DNA from: an uncultured virus (IMG/VR IMGVR_UViG_3300032665_001598)
Taxonomy: Duplodnaviria > Heunggongvirae > Uroviricota > Caudoviricetes
Reading direction: 5' to 3' (one strand)
IMG/VR virus record: IMGVR_UViG_3300032665_001598
Length of the DNA stretch: 64,000 bases
Positions 20,365 through 29,951 of the stretch are shown here, piece after piece. Under the pieces are notes generated by a model, which saw nothing but the letters and a program-made list of their open reading frames with translations, was not told the origin of the DNA and searched no databases. The stretch's first letter is position 1. The number at the start of each line of letters is the position of its first letter. The position numbers and the translations under genes are program-made.

Positions 20365-20850
20365 ATGAAACGAATTCTATTAGCATTGCCCTTTGTATTT
20401 GCGTTGACAGCTTGTGACGCACCACGTGAAACATCCACACAGATCGAACGCAAGAAGCAAGAAGAACTCAGCTTGCGTGGTGTAGAATCTGTTGGTATGC
20501 CAGCAATCACAAACTTTGCTGAAAAGCGTATGATGAAAGACATCATTGAGTTGCGTGATCAAAACGTGGCTACTACTGTCTACATCACAGACTTGAATGG
20601 CAAGTTGCACAAGGTATGTAATGCAGTTGGTTATGGTCTCCCTTATGCTACACAATACACCAACCCACAGCGTGTCAGTGGTGATGGTACTCATGGGTAT
20701 GTAACATTGCCACAGGCAGATCCAAATGGTTTGTATAGTCCAGCAAGTGCAGATGGCACTTGGGTATTATGTGTAGATACCAAGTCAGGCAAACCAAAAC
20801 CAGTTTATATCGAACCACGTGTTATTGTTAGTCCAATTCCACTAGATTAA
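20365..20850 (+). CDS. lipoprotein
   Basis: Signal peptide with LTAC lipobox. Confidence 0.8.
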   Translation: MKRILLALPFVFALTACDAPRETSTQIERKKQEELSLRGVESVGMPAITNFAEKRMMKDIIELRDQNVATTVYITDLNGKLHKVCNAVGYGLPYATQYTNPQRVSGDGTHGYVTLPQADPNGLYSPASADGTWVLCVDTKSGKPKPVYIEPRVIVSPIPLD

Positions 20851-20899
20851 TAAAAGTTTTACCCCATAGCTCGCGTTAGCTCCTGAGTTATGGTTTTGT

Positions 20900-20928
20900 G
20901 CCCCGGGTTTAACCACTCGGGGCTTTTT
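20900..20928 (+). terminator. intrinsic terminator
   Basis: GCCCCGGG...CTCGGGGC followed by TTTTT. Confidence 0.8.
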
Positions 20929-20965
20929 ATTTGATATCCTTTGAAAATTATGTTACACTAACTCT

Positions 20966-22156
20966 ATGGCACAAATATACAAGCACACGCACGTTGAAGA
21001 TTACATGGAAATCATTGCTGGTTATCGTAAGCCAGATGGTAAAAGTAATCACAGTATCTTTACTATAGGAGAAAGTCCTATTAATCTTGCACGGTATGAT
21101 ATGAAGGTTGTGCCTAGTCTTGCTGAACAGAGCATAGCAAACAACAAAGGCTATACAGACAAACAAGCCAAGCTGGCCACAGAATTAGTTATTAAATATG
21201 AACGTCAATTGTTTAAATTAGGGGTAGACATTACTCCAGTTAAGACCAACCCAGAATACCGGTTGCCAATTAGGGACATTGATCGTAGTACTAGAGCCTG
21301 GGTCGAAAACGATGTTATCAAACTACGCTTTCCGTATAATGTACAACAGATTGAACAAGTACGTGATGCCGGAAAAACAAGCAATGGTAAAATACAGTTT
21401 ATTCGTGAAGAAAAAGTTCAGCAATTAGAGTTAACTGAATGGAATGTCAACTGGGTGTATGCTTTCTGCGAGCAACATAAATTTGAAATAGATTCGTCAC
21501 TACATGAATTAATGGATATTATTCTGGCAGTAGAACAAACTCCTTACGCAATTGAACTACGATATAAGAATGATGTTATAGAGATTGCCAATGCAGCAGA
21601 CAGTTTAATTGAATATCTCAATGAAAAAGAAGGTGGCATTACCACAGATAACCTGTTCCGCTTGATAGACCTAGCTCCTATCCTGGGCTACACTATAGCA
21701 CGAGATATAGAAGAAACAGTTATTGCAGAGTTTGGTACACGATTCTATAGCCTGTGCGCTAACCGCCAGCTTAAAGTAGATAGCATGACCAATTCTACGA
21801 TTGTTAATGATATTGCTGAGTATGCACGTGCCACTAACCGTTTCCCGATATATGTATACGAACCAGATTTAAGCGATAGATTAAAAACTGAATTTAATAA
21901 GTTATTCCCCGGGGCAATGATGACCTTAAATAATAAAGTAATGGATACAGGTATCACTGATGATATTAAAGTAGTATATACTACTAAAATTCCACGTACT
22001 CCAATACATAATATTCCCTTGATGGTTAGTAGTGCAGGCATGTTATTTGGCGGTGACAGACAAGTTTGGATACAGACAGCCGAAAAGATTGTATACTTTA
22101 CCAAAGACGTGTATACTAAGAACTCCAAAGGACCCGACGTGTGCAAGCTAAACTAA
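20966..22156 (+). CDS. hypothetical protein (396 aa)
   Basis: Long ORF overlapping the helicase start. Confidence 0.8.
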   Translation: MAQIYKHTHVEDYMEIIAGYRKPDGKSNHSIFTIGESPINLARYDMKVVPSLAEQSIANNKGYTDKQAKLATELVIKYERQLFKLGVDITPVKTNPEYRLPIRDIDRSTRAWVENDVIKLRFPYNVQQIEQVRDAGKTSNGKIQFIREEKVQQLELTEWNVNWVYAFCEQHKFEIDSSLHELMDIILAVEQTPYAIELRYKNDVIEIANAADSLIEYLNEKEGGITTDNLFRLIDLAPILGYTIARDIEETVIAEFGTRFYSLCANRQLKVDSMTNSTIVNDIAEYARATNRFPIYVYEPDLSDRLKTEFNKLFPGAMMTLNNKVMDTGITDDIKVVYTTKIPRTPIHNIPLMVSSAGMLFGGDRQVWIQTAEKIVYFTKDVYTKNSKGPDVCKLN

Positions 22157-23625
22157 TAATCAAAGATGAAGTAAACGTAAAGATCGAAGGATTGGAACTT
22201 GCTGACCGCACGGCTCTAGTAAAGAAGTTCAAATATGAAATTCCTGGTGCACGTTATCAACCTAGTGTACGATTAGGACGATGGGACGGCAAGGTTGCGT
22301 TTTTTCAGCTAGGTGGTAGCAGTTACATTAACTTGTTGCCCGAAATACTTGCTTATATAGATAGCAAGGGTTACGATATTGAAGTAGAAGACCTGCGTGA
22401 ATACAAAACACAATTTACGTTTGATCAATTCACTGAAGATACTTTTGCAGATCAAACTTGGCCCAAGGGACACCCACAAGTAGGTGAACCTATCAAGTTC
22501 CGTGATTATCAAGTTGACATCATCAACAACTTTTTACAAAACCCGCAGAGCATACAAGAAATTGCCACAGGTGCAGGTAAGACTATTATGACTGCTGCAC
22601 TTAGTAAAAACATAGAGCCATATGGTCGTAGCATTGTAATTGTGCCTAACAAAAGCCTAGTAACACAAACAGAAGCAGACTATCGGAATCTAGGTCTTGA
22701 TGTGGGTGTGTACTTTGGTGACCGTAAAGAATTTGGCAAGACACATACTATTTGCACTTGGCAAAGTTTAAATATTTTATTAAAAAATACACAAGCCGGC
22801 ATTGGCGATGTTACTATAGGTGACTTCATCGAAGATGTTGTTCTAGTAATGGTAGACGAAGTACACATGGCCAAAGCAGATGCCCTAAAGACTCTGCTCA
22901 CAGGTGTGTTTGCTCGGGTACCCTTGCGTTGGGGATTAACAGGAACTATTCCCAAGGAAGATTACGAAAAAGTAAGCATTTTCTGTAGCCTAGGTACAGT
23001 AGTAGGCAAGTTAAGCGCCAGCGAATTACAAGAAGCAGGACACTTAGCCAACTGTCACGTGAACATTGTACAGATGGTAGATCACGTTGAGTACAAGGAC
23101 TATCAGTCTGAGCTTAAATACTTAACTACTAACGCAGAACGTCTGGCATACTTGGCCAAGATGATTGACTCGATCAAAGAAGGTGGTAATACACTTATCC
23201 TAGTTGACCGAATTGAAACAGGCAAGATCTTACAAATAGAACTAAGCAGTTTGTTTAGTTTACTCAAAGACAAGCCTGAAGTAGCATTTGTATCCGGCGC
23301 AACTAAAGCCGGTGATAGAAAAGACGAATACGATGAAATTGCAACAAGTACTAACAAGATTATTATTGCTACCTATGGTGTTGCTGCTGTGGGCATTAAT
23401 ATCCCTAGGATTTTTAATCTTGTGCTTATTGAGCCCGGTAAGTCCTTTGTTAGAGTTATCCAGTCCATTGGGCGTGGGATCCGTAAAGCGGAAGACAAAG
23501 ACTTTGTACAAATCTGGGACGTAACATCAACCTGTAAGTTCGCCAAGCGACACTTAACAGCACGTAAGAAATTCTACAACGAAGCAAACTATCCATTCAC
23601 AGTTGAGAAAGCAAATTGGCAATGA
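22141..23625 (+). CDS. superfamily 2 helicase (UvsW-like)
   Basis: RDYQ, ATGAGKT, DEVH, TGT, QSIGRGIR motifs. Confidence 0.92.
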   Translation: MQAKLIIKDEVNVKIEGLELADRTALVKKFKYEIPGARYQPSVRLGRWDGKVAFFQLGGSSYINLLPEILAYIDSKGYDIEVEDLREYKTQFTFDQFTEDTFADQTWPKGHPQVGEPIKFRDYQVDIINNFLQNPQSIQEIATGAGKTIMTAALSKNIEPYGRSIVIVPNKSLVTQTEADYRNLGLDVGVYFGDRKEFGKTHTICTWQSLNILLKNTQAGIGDVTIGDFIEDVVLVMVDEVHMAKADALKTLLTGVFARVPLRWGLTGTIPKEDYEKVSIFCSLGTVVGKLSASELQEAGHLANCHVNIVQMVDHVEYKDYQSELKYLTTNAERLAYLAKMIDSIKEGGNTLILVDRIETGKILQIELSSLFSLLKDKPEVAFVSGATKAGDRKDEYDEIATSTNKIIIATYGVAAVGINIPRIFNLVLIEPGKSFVRVIQSIGRGIRKAEDKDFVQIWDVTSTCKFAKRHLTARKKFYNEANYPFTVEKANWQ

Positions 23626-24419
23626 AAAAACTAATCGTGTGCGGGTGTAGCTTTAGCGCACCAGCAAAAGATCTACCTGGCACAGCCTACGGTGAAGTAC
23701 TAGCAAAAAAACTAGGATGGGACTTAGAGATCCTGGCAAGGCAAGGATGCAGTAACGGTGGTATCCGTGTGCAGATAGATGAGGTATTAAGACAGAAGCC
23801 TGCGTTCGCCATCATTGCACCTACATTCCATGATCGTATGGAAATCCCTGCAACCGCAGCACCATATGTTCCACCAAAAGAAGAAAACAAAGGTTGGAAC
23901 TCGGACTTACAAAAACATCTACAACATAGCCACCTAAATGGATATGATCGAACCGTGGGCATTGACAATATTAACTATGGTACGAATCCGTATCGTATGA
24001 TTTTTGAAACTATTTTTAGCCTGGTAGAGAATTACGATCACCCATACCGTAGTGCCAAGATAGATCGTAATACACAGCAGGCAATGAAGCAGTATGTAAA
24101 CTTTCTATACGATAGTGAATGGAAGCGACAGCAGGACGAGTGGATTATCCGTGACGGGATTATGCAGTTGTTCTATTCCGGAATACCTTTCCTATTGGTT
24201 GCAAATAACCTATGGAATAGTAATACTGTTCGTGAAGCTATACCTAGTGTAGTACCTGACAAATACATGACCCTGGAATACGAAGAAACTCCTGCTTATG
24301 CAACCAATACCTGGCCATTTAGCGGTAAAGTAGATCCTGGATACCACGGTGATCCCAAGAGCCAAGAGTATTTGGCAGACATATATTACAAGAAGATATG
24401 CGAGCAGTTGCACTTGTAG
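23622..24419 (+). CDS. SGNH-hydrolase-like protein
   Basis: CGCSF block I, ARQGCSN block II, C-terminal DPGYH. Confidence 0.6.
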   Translation: MKKLIVCGCSFSAPAKDLPGTAYGEVLAKKLGWDLEILARQGCSNGGIRVQIDEVLRQKPAFAIIAPTFHDRMEIPATAAPYVPPKEENKGWNSDLQKHLQHSHLNGYDRTVGIDNINYGTNPYRMIFETIFSLVENYDHPYRSAKIDRNTQQAMKQYVNFLYDSEWKRQQDEWIIRDGIMQLFYSGIPFLLVANNLWNSNTVREAIPSVVPDKYMTLEYEETPAYATNTWPFSGKVDPGYHGDPKSQEYLADIYYKKICEQLHL

Positions 24420-24937
24420 CCCATCCTGATGATTGTGTTATATTTGCTTGGCCCTTTATTGAAGCCCATCCAAAATTTAACTGGACCATTGTTTACTTGA
24501 CCTATCACGCAACAGACCCACGTGGACAAGAACTAGAAGCCTATTGGAATCGTCGTAATATACCTACAGCGTTTTTGGGCAATACTGACACATGGTTAGA
24601 CATGGTTAGGGGAAAGATCAGTTTTGATATTACCAAAGCTTCTGCAGATCTGATAACAGCCAGCTCGGGAGCAGACTTGATATTAACCCATAATCAAGAT
24701 GGCGACTATGGACATATACATCACAGGTTTGTTTGTGAAGTAGCCAACTCAATTGATACACCAAAGGTTTACTTTGCAAGTACTTTCAATTATAATACAG
24801 AGTACACAGTCTTAGATTCTGTTGCAGCAGACGAACTACCATTACACAGCGAAGTTATCATAGGCTTCCAAGATCGTAATATAGGTAGATATATTGTAAC
24901 ACCGGAAGCGGAACTTATATTAAAAGAAAACCAATGA
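24398..24937 (+). CDS. PIG-L/LmbE-family deacetylase
   Basis: VAHPDD and GDYGHIHH motifs. Confidence 0.8.
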   Translation: MRAVALVAHPDDCVIFAWPFIEAHPKFNWTIVYLTYHATDPRGQELEAYWNRRNIPTAFLGNTDTWLDMVRGKISFDITKASADLITASSGADLILTHNQDGDYGHIHHRFVCEVANSIDTPKVYFASTFNYNTEYTVLDSVAADELPLHSEVIIGFQDRNIGRYIVTPEAELILKENQ

Positions 24938-25434
24938 GAATATTAACACTAGATAATACAGCATACGAAATGGATCAAATCCCTGAGGAAATTGATGAAG
25001 TTAGATTTTGTGTACTAGACAACAGTGATCCCAAAGAACCGGACTATTTTTATATTCCTTTAATCTTTCTAGAATCGTTTAACAGTCCTGCATTAGTATT
25101 GCGAATTGGTAACAATGTTATTCGTATGCCAGTGGATTGGCAAATACTTATCGGCGAACCAGACTTTGGCGATTTAGAAGTTGTTCCGCTAACCAGTATC
25201 AATGATCGCGGATTTAATGTGTTTACATTTAACCCATTGAGTAGTTTCCGCCCAGAGTTTGCTCCTGTGGAAATTGTGGATATCTATCAAGATGTTAAAT
25301 GGTATTTCCCCAAACTTAAACCAGGACAGTTATTGGCAGTTCCGTTGACCGAAGGCGATAAACCTATGTGTGCATATTTTATCAAAGATATCTCACGTCA
25401 AAGCGAGGTCATTAACTACGGTAAGGTTTGGTAA
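24934..25434 (+). CDS. hypothetical protein
   Basis: 166-aa ORF, ATGA-coupled. Confidence 0.8.
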   Translation: MRILTLDNTAYEMDQIPEEIDEVRFCVLDNSDPKEPDYFYIPLIFLESFNSPALVLRIGNNVIRMPVDWQILIGEPDFGDLEVVPLTSINDRGFNVFTFNPLSSFRPEFAPVEIVDIYQDVKWYFPKLKPGQLLAVPLTEGDKPMCAYFIKDISRQSEVINYGKVW

Positions 25435-25435
25435 T

Positions 25436-25711
25436 ATGGGCAACCTTAAACCGGGTGCTACTTACATCTACGAACGAGCAGACGGCGTAACCTATGCTAG
25501 AGAAGCAGGTGCCCACCCCGGTGATAGAATAGCAATTGGCTGGGATTATGATTACAGACAAAAAACTGAAGCAATAGAACGTATGAAAATGTGGACTGAA
25601 ATACTTCAAGCCGCAAAGACCAATCCTGCTTTACAAGATGCTATAGAACGTGTTATAATACTATATGAATTGCAAAAGGGCGAAGATCCACCACCATGGC
25701 ATCCAGTATAA
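25436..25711 (+). CDS. hypothetical protein
   Basis: ATG 25436 after AAGG; MGNLKPGATYIYER. Confidence 0.75.
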   Translation: MGNLKPGATYIYERADGVTYAREAGAHPGDRIAIGWDYDYRQKTEAIERMKMWTEILQAAKTNPALQDAIERVIILYELQKGEDPPPWHPV

Positions 25712-25866
25712 CAGAAGATAAATTTGGACATAATCAATTAATTGCAGAGATGAAACATGCAAGCCTTTGGGGCGACATACACAGACGTGCAAAAACAAAT
25801 CCAGAGTTACAAGAGCAGTTAGATAAAATTGTTGTATACTATAAGTTAAAATATGACCGTAGATAA
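25696..25866 (+). CDS. small hypothetical protein (56 aa), paralog of the C-terminal half of the preceding ORF
   Basis: LWGDIHRRAKTNPELQEQLDKIVVYYKL versus MWTEILQAAKTNPALQDAIERVIILYEL. Confidence 0.65.
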   Translation: MASSITEDKFGHNQLIAEMKHASLWGDIHRRAKTNPELQEQLDKIVVYYKLKYDRR

Positions 25867-26326
25867 ATTAGATATTAAAAACGAAATGGCACAGTTTGAT
25901 CGTAAGAACAGAGAGTTTTACGATAGTCTTGATGAACAGGAAAAGAAGAAGTTTGCTCCTTTCTTAATGATTCGTTGGGGTAGTGCAGTTGGCGGCAATG
26001 TAGACCTGCAAGCATACTATCTAATGAGCTGTAACGAAAACTTAAATAAGAACTTCTTTGAGATTAGTGCTGCAAAACACAAAAAGCTACAATGGTTATT
26101 AGCAACAACAGTGAGCCCGGGCATGGGCAATCAATATCACCAATGGATTACTCCAAAGAAAAAAGGTGCCGGCGACAATACGGCTGTTAAATTCTTAAAA
26201 GCACTACGACCTGATTTAAAAGAAGATGAAATTAAACTATTAGCACAAATTAATACTAAAGACGATCTCAAGGCCTATGCAAAAGAGCTAGGATGGGATG
26301 ATAAAAAGATCAAAGAGCTAACATGA
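25853..26326 (+). CDS. putative clamp-loader small subunit (T4 gp62-like)
   Basis: KKFAPFLMIRW, HKKLQW pattern, size and replication-module context. Confidence 0.5.
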   Translation: MTVDKLDIKNEMAQFDRKNREFYDSLDEQEKKKFAPFLMIRWGSAVGGNVDLQAYYLMSCNENLNKNFFEISAAKHKKLQWLLATTVSPGMGNQYHQWITPKKKGAGDNTAVKFLKALRPDLKEDEIKLLAQINTKDDLKAYAKELGWDDKKIKELT

Positions 26327-27060
26327 TCAAGAATCTAGTTGTCAATGGATGTAGTTACATGGAAGGATATGCCATTGGCAACGGACATGTAGACTTGGCT
26401 AACCGATTGGGTATTCCACATGCAGAAAGTTTGGCCATCGGTGGTAGCGCCAACAGCAGAATAATTAGAACTACACTAAAGCATAGTTATAGAGCAACAG
26501 AACCTACTTTGTATGTATTAGGATTAACTTTTATAAGCCGTGGCGAAATACCTATTCTTGGTATGGATCCAGCAACTGAAGCTGACTCGTTTGAAGGACG
26601 CTGGTGTAATCCGCAAAATCAGGAATTTGCTAATCGTTACGATCACTTCTGGAACAAAACAGAAAGTGAAAAGTTTGTTAAACAAAAACTAATGGTAGAA
26701 GCCTATAGCTTAATTGACAGAACTGAAGATTTACTGTATCGTATACTGTCAACTATAGATAGCTTAAAGTCTAGAGGACATCGCGTATTGGTATATCAAC
26801 AGGCTGATGATAGTTATAGATATCTACTGGAAAATCCTAGATTAAGTTTATTGTCCAGTACAGATTGTATCATTGATGGGTTCCGTTGGTGTGCAGTTGG
26901 GTACCAGCATGAACAAGGTGTTGCTAAGGCTTCATCTACTGGTGGCAATTTTATTGGACCTCAATCAACTCCTGACCATATGCGTCACCCAAAAGCAGGA
27001 GAACATGCTGTTCTTAACGAGTATCTTGTAAAGTATATCAATGACTGCAACATCATTTAA
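26323..27060 (+). CDS. SGNH-hydrolase-like protein
   Basis: VNGCSY, LAIGGSAN, C-terminal HP...H. Confidence 0.6.
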   Translation: MIKNLVVNGCSYMEGYAIGNGHVDLANRLGIPHAESLAIGGSANSRIIRTTLKHSYRATEPTLYVLGLTFISRGEIPILGMDPATEADSFEGRWCNPQNQEFANRYDHFWNKTESEKFVKQKLMVEAYSLIDRTEDLLYRILSTIDSLKSRGHRVLVYQQADDSYRYLLENPRLSLLSSTDCIIDGFRWCAVGYQHEQGVAKASSTGGNFIGPQSTPDHMRHPKAGEHAVLNEYLVKYINDCNII

Positions 27061-27733
27061 GTGTCGGTATTGTGAAAAAACATTTGCCAAGGAAAGTACG
27101 TTGGCTGTGCATCTCTGTGAACAAAAGCGTCGTTGGCAACAAGAAAAAGAAGTAGGTGTGCAATTAGGACTTAAAGCATATCTAAAGTTTTATGAAATGA
27201 CACAGGGTAGCGCCAAGTTAAAGAGCTACGAGAACTTTGTAACTAGCCCATACTATGGTGCGTTTGTTAAGTGGGGTCGTCATATGGTAGGTATACGTGG
27301 CATTAATCCCACAGCTTTCTTAGACTGGCTATTAAAAAACAACAAGAAAATTGACCACTGGTGTAAAGACGAGTTCTATGTCACCTACTTGCACGAGTGG
27401 TTACGTAGAGAAGCAGTACAGGACGCATTGGAGAGAGCATTAAATGAAATGCAAACGTATGCAGAAGATCATTTGGAACTTAGGAATGGATTTAGCGACT
27501 ATTTTAGGTATGGTAACAGCAATCGTGTGGTGCATCATATTGCTACCGGTCGCATTAGCCCGTGGGTCGTTTATAACTGCACATCGGGAGTTGAGTTCCT
27601 GGATAACCTGGGTGATGAACAAGTTCAAATAATCCTGCCGTGGATTGATCCCGACCACTGGCAACGCAAATTTAAAGATTATCTAGCAGACACTGAGTGG
27701 GTTAAGGATATATTGCAGAAAGCAAATCTATGA
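27041..27733 (+). CDS. protein with N-terminal C2H2/C2HC zinc finger
   Basis: FKCRYCEKTF...LAVHLC. Confidence 0.75.
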   Translation: MTATSFKCRYCEKTFAKESTLAVHLCEQKRRWQQEKEVGVQLGLKAYLKFYEMTQGSAKLKSYENFVTSPYYGAFVKWGRHMVGIRGINPTAFLDWLLKNNKKIDHWCKDEFYVTYLHEWLRREAVQDALERALNEMQTYAEDHLELRNGFSDYFRYGNSNRVVHHIATGRISPWVVYNCTSGVEFLDNLGDEQVQIILPWIDPDHWQRKFKDYLADTEWVKDILQKANL

Positions 27734-28320
27734 AATTTAAATCAGACATTGATATTGACTTCCCCGATAGAGATCGAGCACTTGCATTGCTTAAAACTAC
27801 ACCTGCGAGCATCCTGCGTGATGGTCGTTTAATTCGACACAATACAGGAGTATATGCCACAGACATTCCTGTTGATCCATTTACTGGTATTGCCAGCATT
27901 GACCATGAGTCGGCAGAAGATCGCGGCTATGCTAAACTGGACTTTTTGAACGTATCGTTATATACGCAGATAAAGAGTGAAGAACATTTACAAGAACTTA
28001 TTGCACAGGAACCCAAATGGGACAAACTGTATGATCCAGAGTTCTGTGGAAAACTAATACACATTGGTAATCACTATAAAACACTAATACAAATGCCAGA
28101 AGCAGTTAATAGTATTGTGCGTATGGCTATGTTGTTGGCAGTAATACGTCCGGCAAAACGACACCTAATAGGTCGAACTTGGAAAGAGGTTGGTGAATCA
28201 GTTTGGGAACGTCCCGAGGATGACAGTTATTTTTTCAAACGTAGCCATTCTGTGGCCTATGCACACCTGGTAGTAGTTAATATGAATCTTTTATCCAACC
28301 AGGAACGTTATAGCGTGTGA
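27730..28320 (+). CDS. miniature DNA polymerase III alpha (DnaE)-like protein
   Basis: SDIDIDF, HNTGVY, GYAKLDFL, IRPA, FKRSHSVAYA in DnaE order within 196 aa. Confidence 0.75.
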   Translation: MKFKSDIDIDFPDRDRALALLKTTPASILRDGRLIRHNTGVYATDIPVDPFTGIASIDHESAEDRGYAKLDFLNVSLYTQIKSEEHLQELIAQEPKWDKLYDPEFCGKLIHIGNHYKTLIQMPEAVNSIVRMAMLLAVIRPAKRHLIGRTWKEVGESVWERPEDDSYFFKRSHSVAYAHLVVVNMNLLSNQERYSV

Positions 28321-28360
28321 TTTTGGCTTAATACGCCAATATCGCGAACTACACCTTTAT

Positions 28361-28735
28361 TTAGCTTACTTTTCGTATAAGAGTGATGCTCTTACGCTTG
28401 CTTCGTTTGCTAGCCATTTCTTTTAGGCTCACATAAGGGCCCATTTTAATTTCAACGTCTTTACTGTTCATAGTACGTAGACAAGTTTTAAACAAAGACC
28501 AATCGGCTTTAAGAAATACATTAATTGGGATTAATCTATTACTTTCCCACCACCACGTTTCCCCTAAACTTAGGAATACCTTCTTAACTTCATCTCCTCT
28601 TAAGAGTCCAAAGTCGTATAGAGTTGTAATAACTTCATCAGAATTTTGAATAATTCCGATGTAATCATTGCCACCGTAGGTAACGTGAGAAAGGAAAGGG
28701 TAGGAGCTAAGTACTGATGTCTGTTCGTTATTCAT
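28361..28735 (-). CDS. hypothetical protein
   Basis: 124-aa ORF whose start overlaps the end of the upstream endonuclease. Confidence 0.75.
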   Translation of the reverse strand: MNNEQTSVLSSYPFLSHVTYGGNDYIGIIQNSDEVITTLYDFGLLRGDEVKKVFLSLGETWWWESNRLIPINVFLKADWSLFKTCLRTMNSKDVEIKMGPYVSLKEMASKRSKRKSITLIRKVS

Positions 28736-29363
28736 TATTCTTACAATTATTAAAGTGATACCGGGTCATATTACCACCACCGCCGGTTTTATTACAATGC
28801 GGACAAGTTACTTTTTTAATATTGCGGATATCAATAACCCCGGATTGTTTGCGTAGTTCCATTGATTTACGCCATTTATCTGTAGTTTCTTTAGTAATTG
28901 TTTTCCCTTTATGTGCTTGCCCTATTTTATCTCTATGTTCTTTAGACAATGGCAAACGTTTAATACCTTTTTGCGAGTCTGACAATCGTTTGCGGTGTAT
29001 TTCTGATCTGTTTGGTAATTTTTTACCAGTATTACTAGCACTAATTTTAGCACGAGTTTCGGCAGATCTATATGCTCCGCTAGATCCTTCTCCGCCATTG
29101 CTACGGTTATGTAAAATTCCAGTTCCTAAATCTTTACGACCAAAAATAGAAATTAATTTTGCCTCCAATTGGTGTGCCTCAGATTCCGATAGATTTTTTG
29201 CTATTATTTGTATTTTAGATCTATCTTTGGGGACAGTGACTGAGTGTTGTTTACTAAACATTCTCCAACCACAGCCCTTACCGATATGGTACGGCGTTCC
29301 GTTAGAGGATCGTGCATAAGAATATACATAAAATTTTGTTATCTGTTGAGTTAAATCTTCCAC
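28728..29363 (-). mobile_element. free-standing GIY-YIG-type homing endonuclease with NUMOD3-like repeats
   Basis: FYVYSY...PYHIGKG..R, E..LI...GR, LHNRSNGGEG, repeated SAETRAKIS/SKEHRDKIG, C-terminal CPHC; likely GTG start at 29363. Confidence 0.85.
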
Positions 29364-29389
29364 GGTGTCCAATAATTGTTGTGCTTGTT

Positions 29390-29435
29390 TATTTATATTC
29401 TGGATACAGCCAATCAAAAGAATAACGTATAAATA
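29390..29435. promoter_or_regulatory. divergent pair of T4-like late promoters (TATAAATA)
   Basis: TATAAATA on - at 29390-29397 and on + at 29428-29435. Confidence 0.65.
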
Positions 29436-29456
29436 TAGAATAAGAGACCTAAAACT

Positions 29457-29912
29457 ATGATCACCGTAAAAGCATACATCTACCCAAATACCGCGGAAGT
29501 CCAAGTTTTTGATCCTACGATATTTACAACAAGGAATCGCCAAGTGTATTCACGACCAATTAAAGTCTATCAAGGCATAGACAATCCCGTACAAGTTATA
29601 GTCCGTAATCAGGACCAAAAATCCATTGATTTAACTGGATCCACAATGACTGCACAAATACAAGATCCTACCAATCAAACAACTATCAGCTCATATCCAG
29701 TTACTTGGGCAAACATAATGTTAGGTCAAGGCAATTTCACACTAGATCGTGCTACTATAGACAGTTTGGAAAACCGTTTCTACAAATTAACCTTTAGTAC
29801 CAGCAAAACAACTGGTAATGTCACACACGTAACACCAGTTTACATTGATGATAATTATGGTGTTCCTTTGGATCTAGAAGTACTTCCGGCCTACTATTCT
29901 ACAACCCCATAA
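29457..29912 (+). CDS. hypothetical beta-rich protein, possibly structural
   Basis: Late promoter upstream; IDLTG motif. Confidence 0.7.
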   Translation: MITVKAYIYPNTAEVQVFDPTIFTTRNRQVYSRPIKVYQGIDNPVQVIVRNQDQKSIDLTGSTMTAQIQDPTNQTTISSYPVTWANIMLGQGNFTLDRATIDSLENRFYKLTFSTSKTTGNVTHVTPVYIDDNYGVPLDLEVLPAYYSTTP

Positions 29913-29951
29913 CAGTTGACGTAACTCAAACAATCCTGTATACTATACAGA

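Noticed and set aside
20039..20850. Membrane protein plus lipoprotein as an i-spanin/o-spanin pair
   Set aside because: They lie in an early-promoter operon away from lysis genes, and the lipoprotein is larger than typical o-spanins; left as hypothetical.
24934..25434. Faint Hint/intein-like spacing in the 166-aa protein
   Set aside because: No N-terminal Cys/Ser, no TxxH and no terminal His-Asn; cannot be supported without a profile search.
29364..29543. 60-aa N-terminal extension of the GIY-YIG ORF
   Set aside because: It overlaps the divergent gene at 29457 and both late promoters; GTG 29363 fits better.
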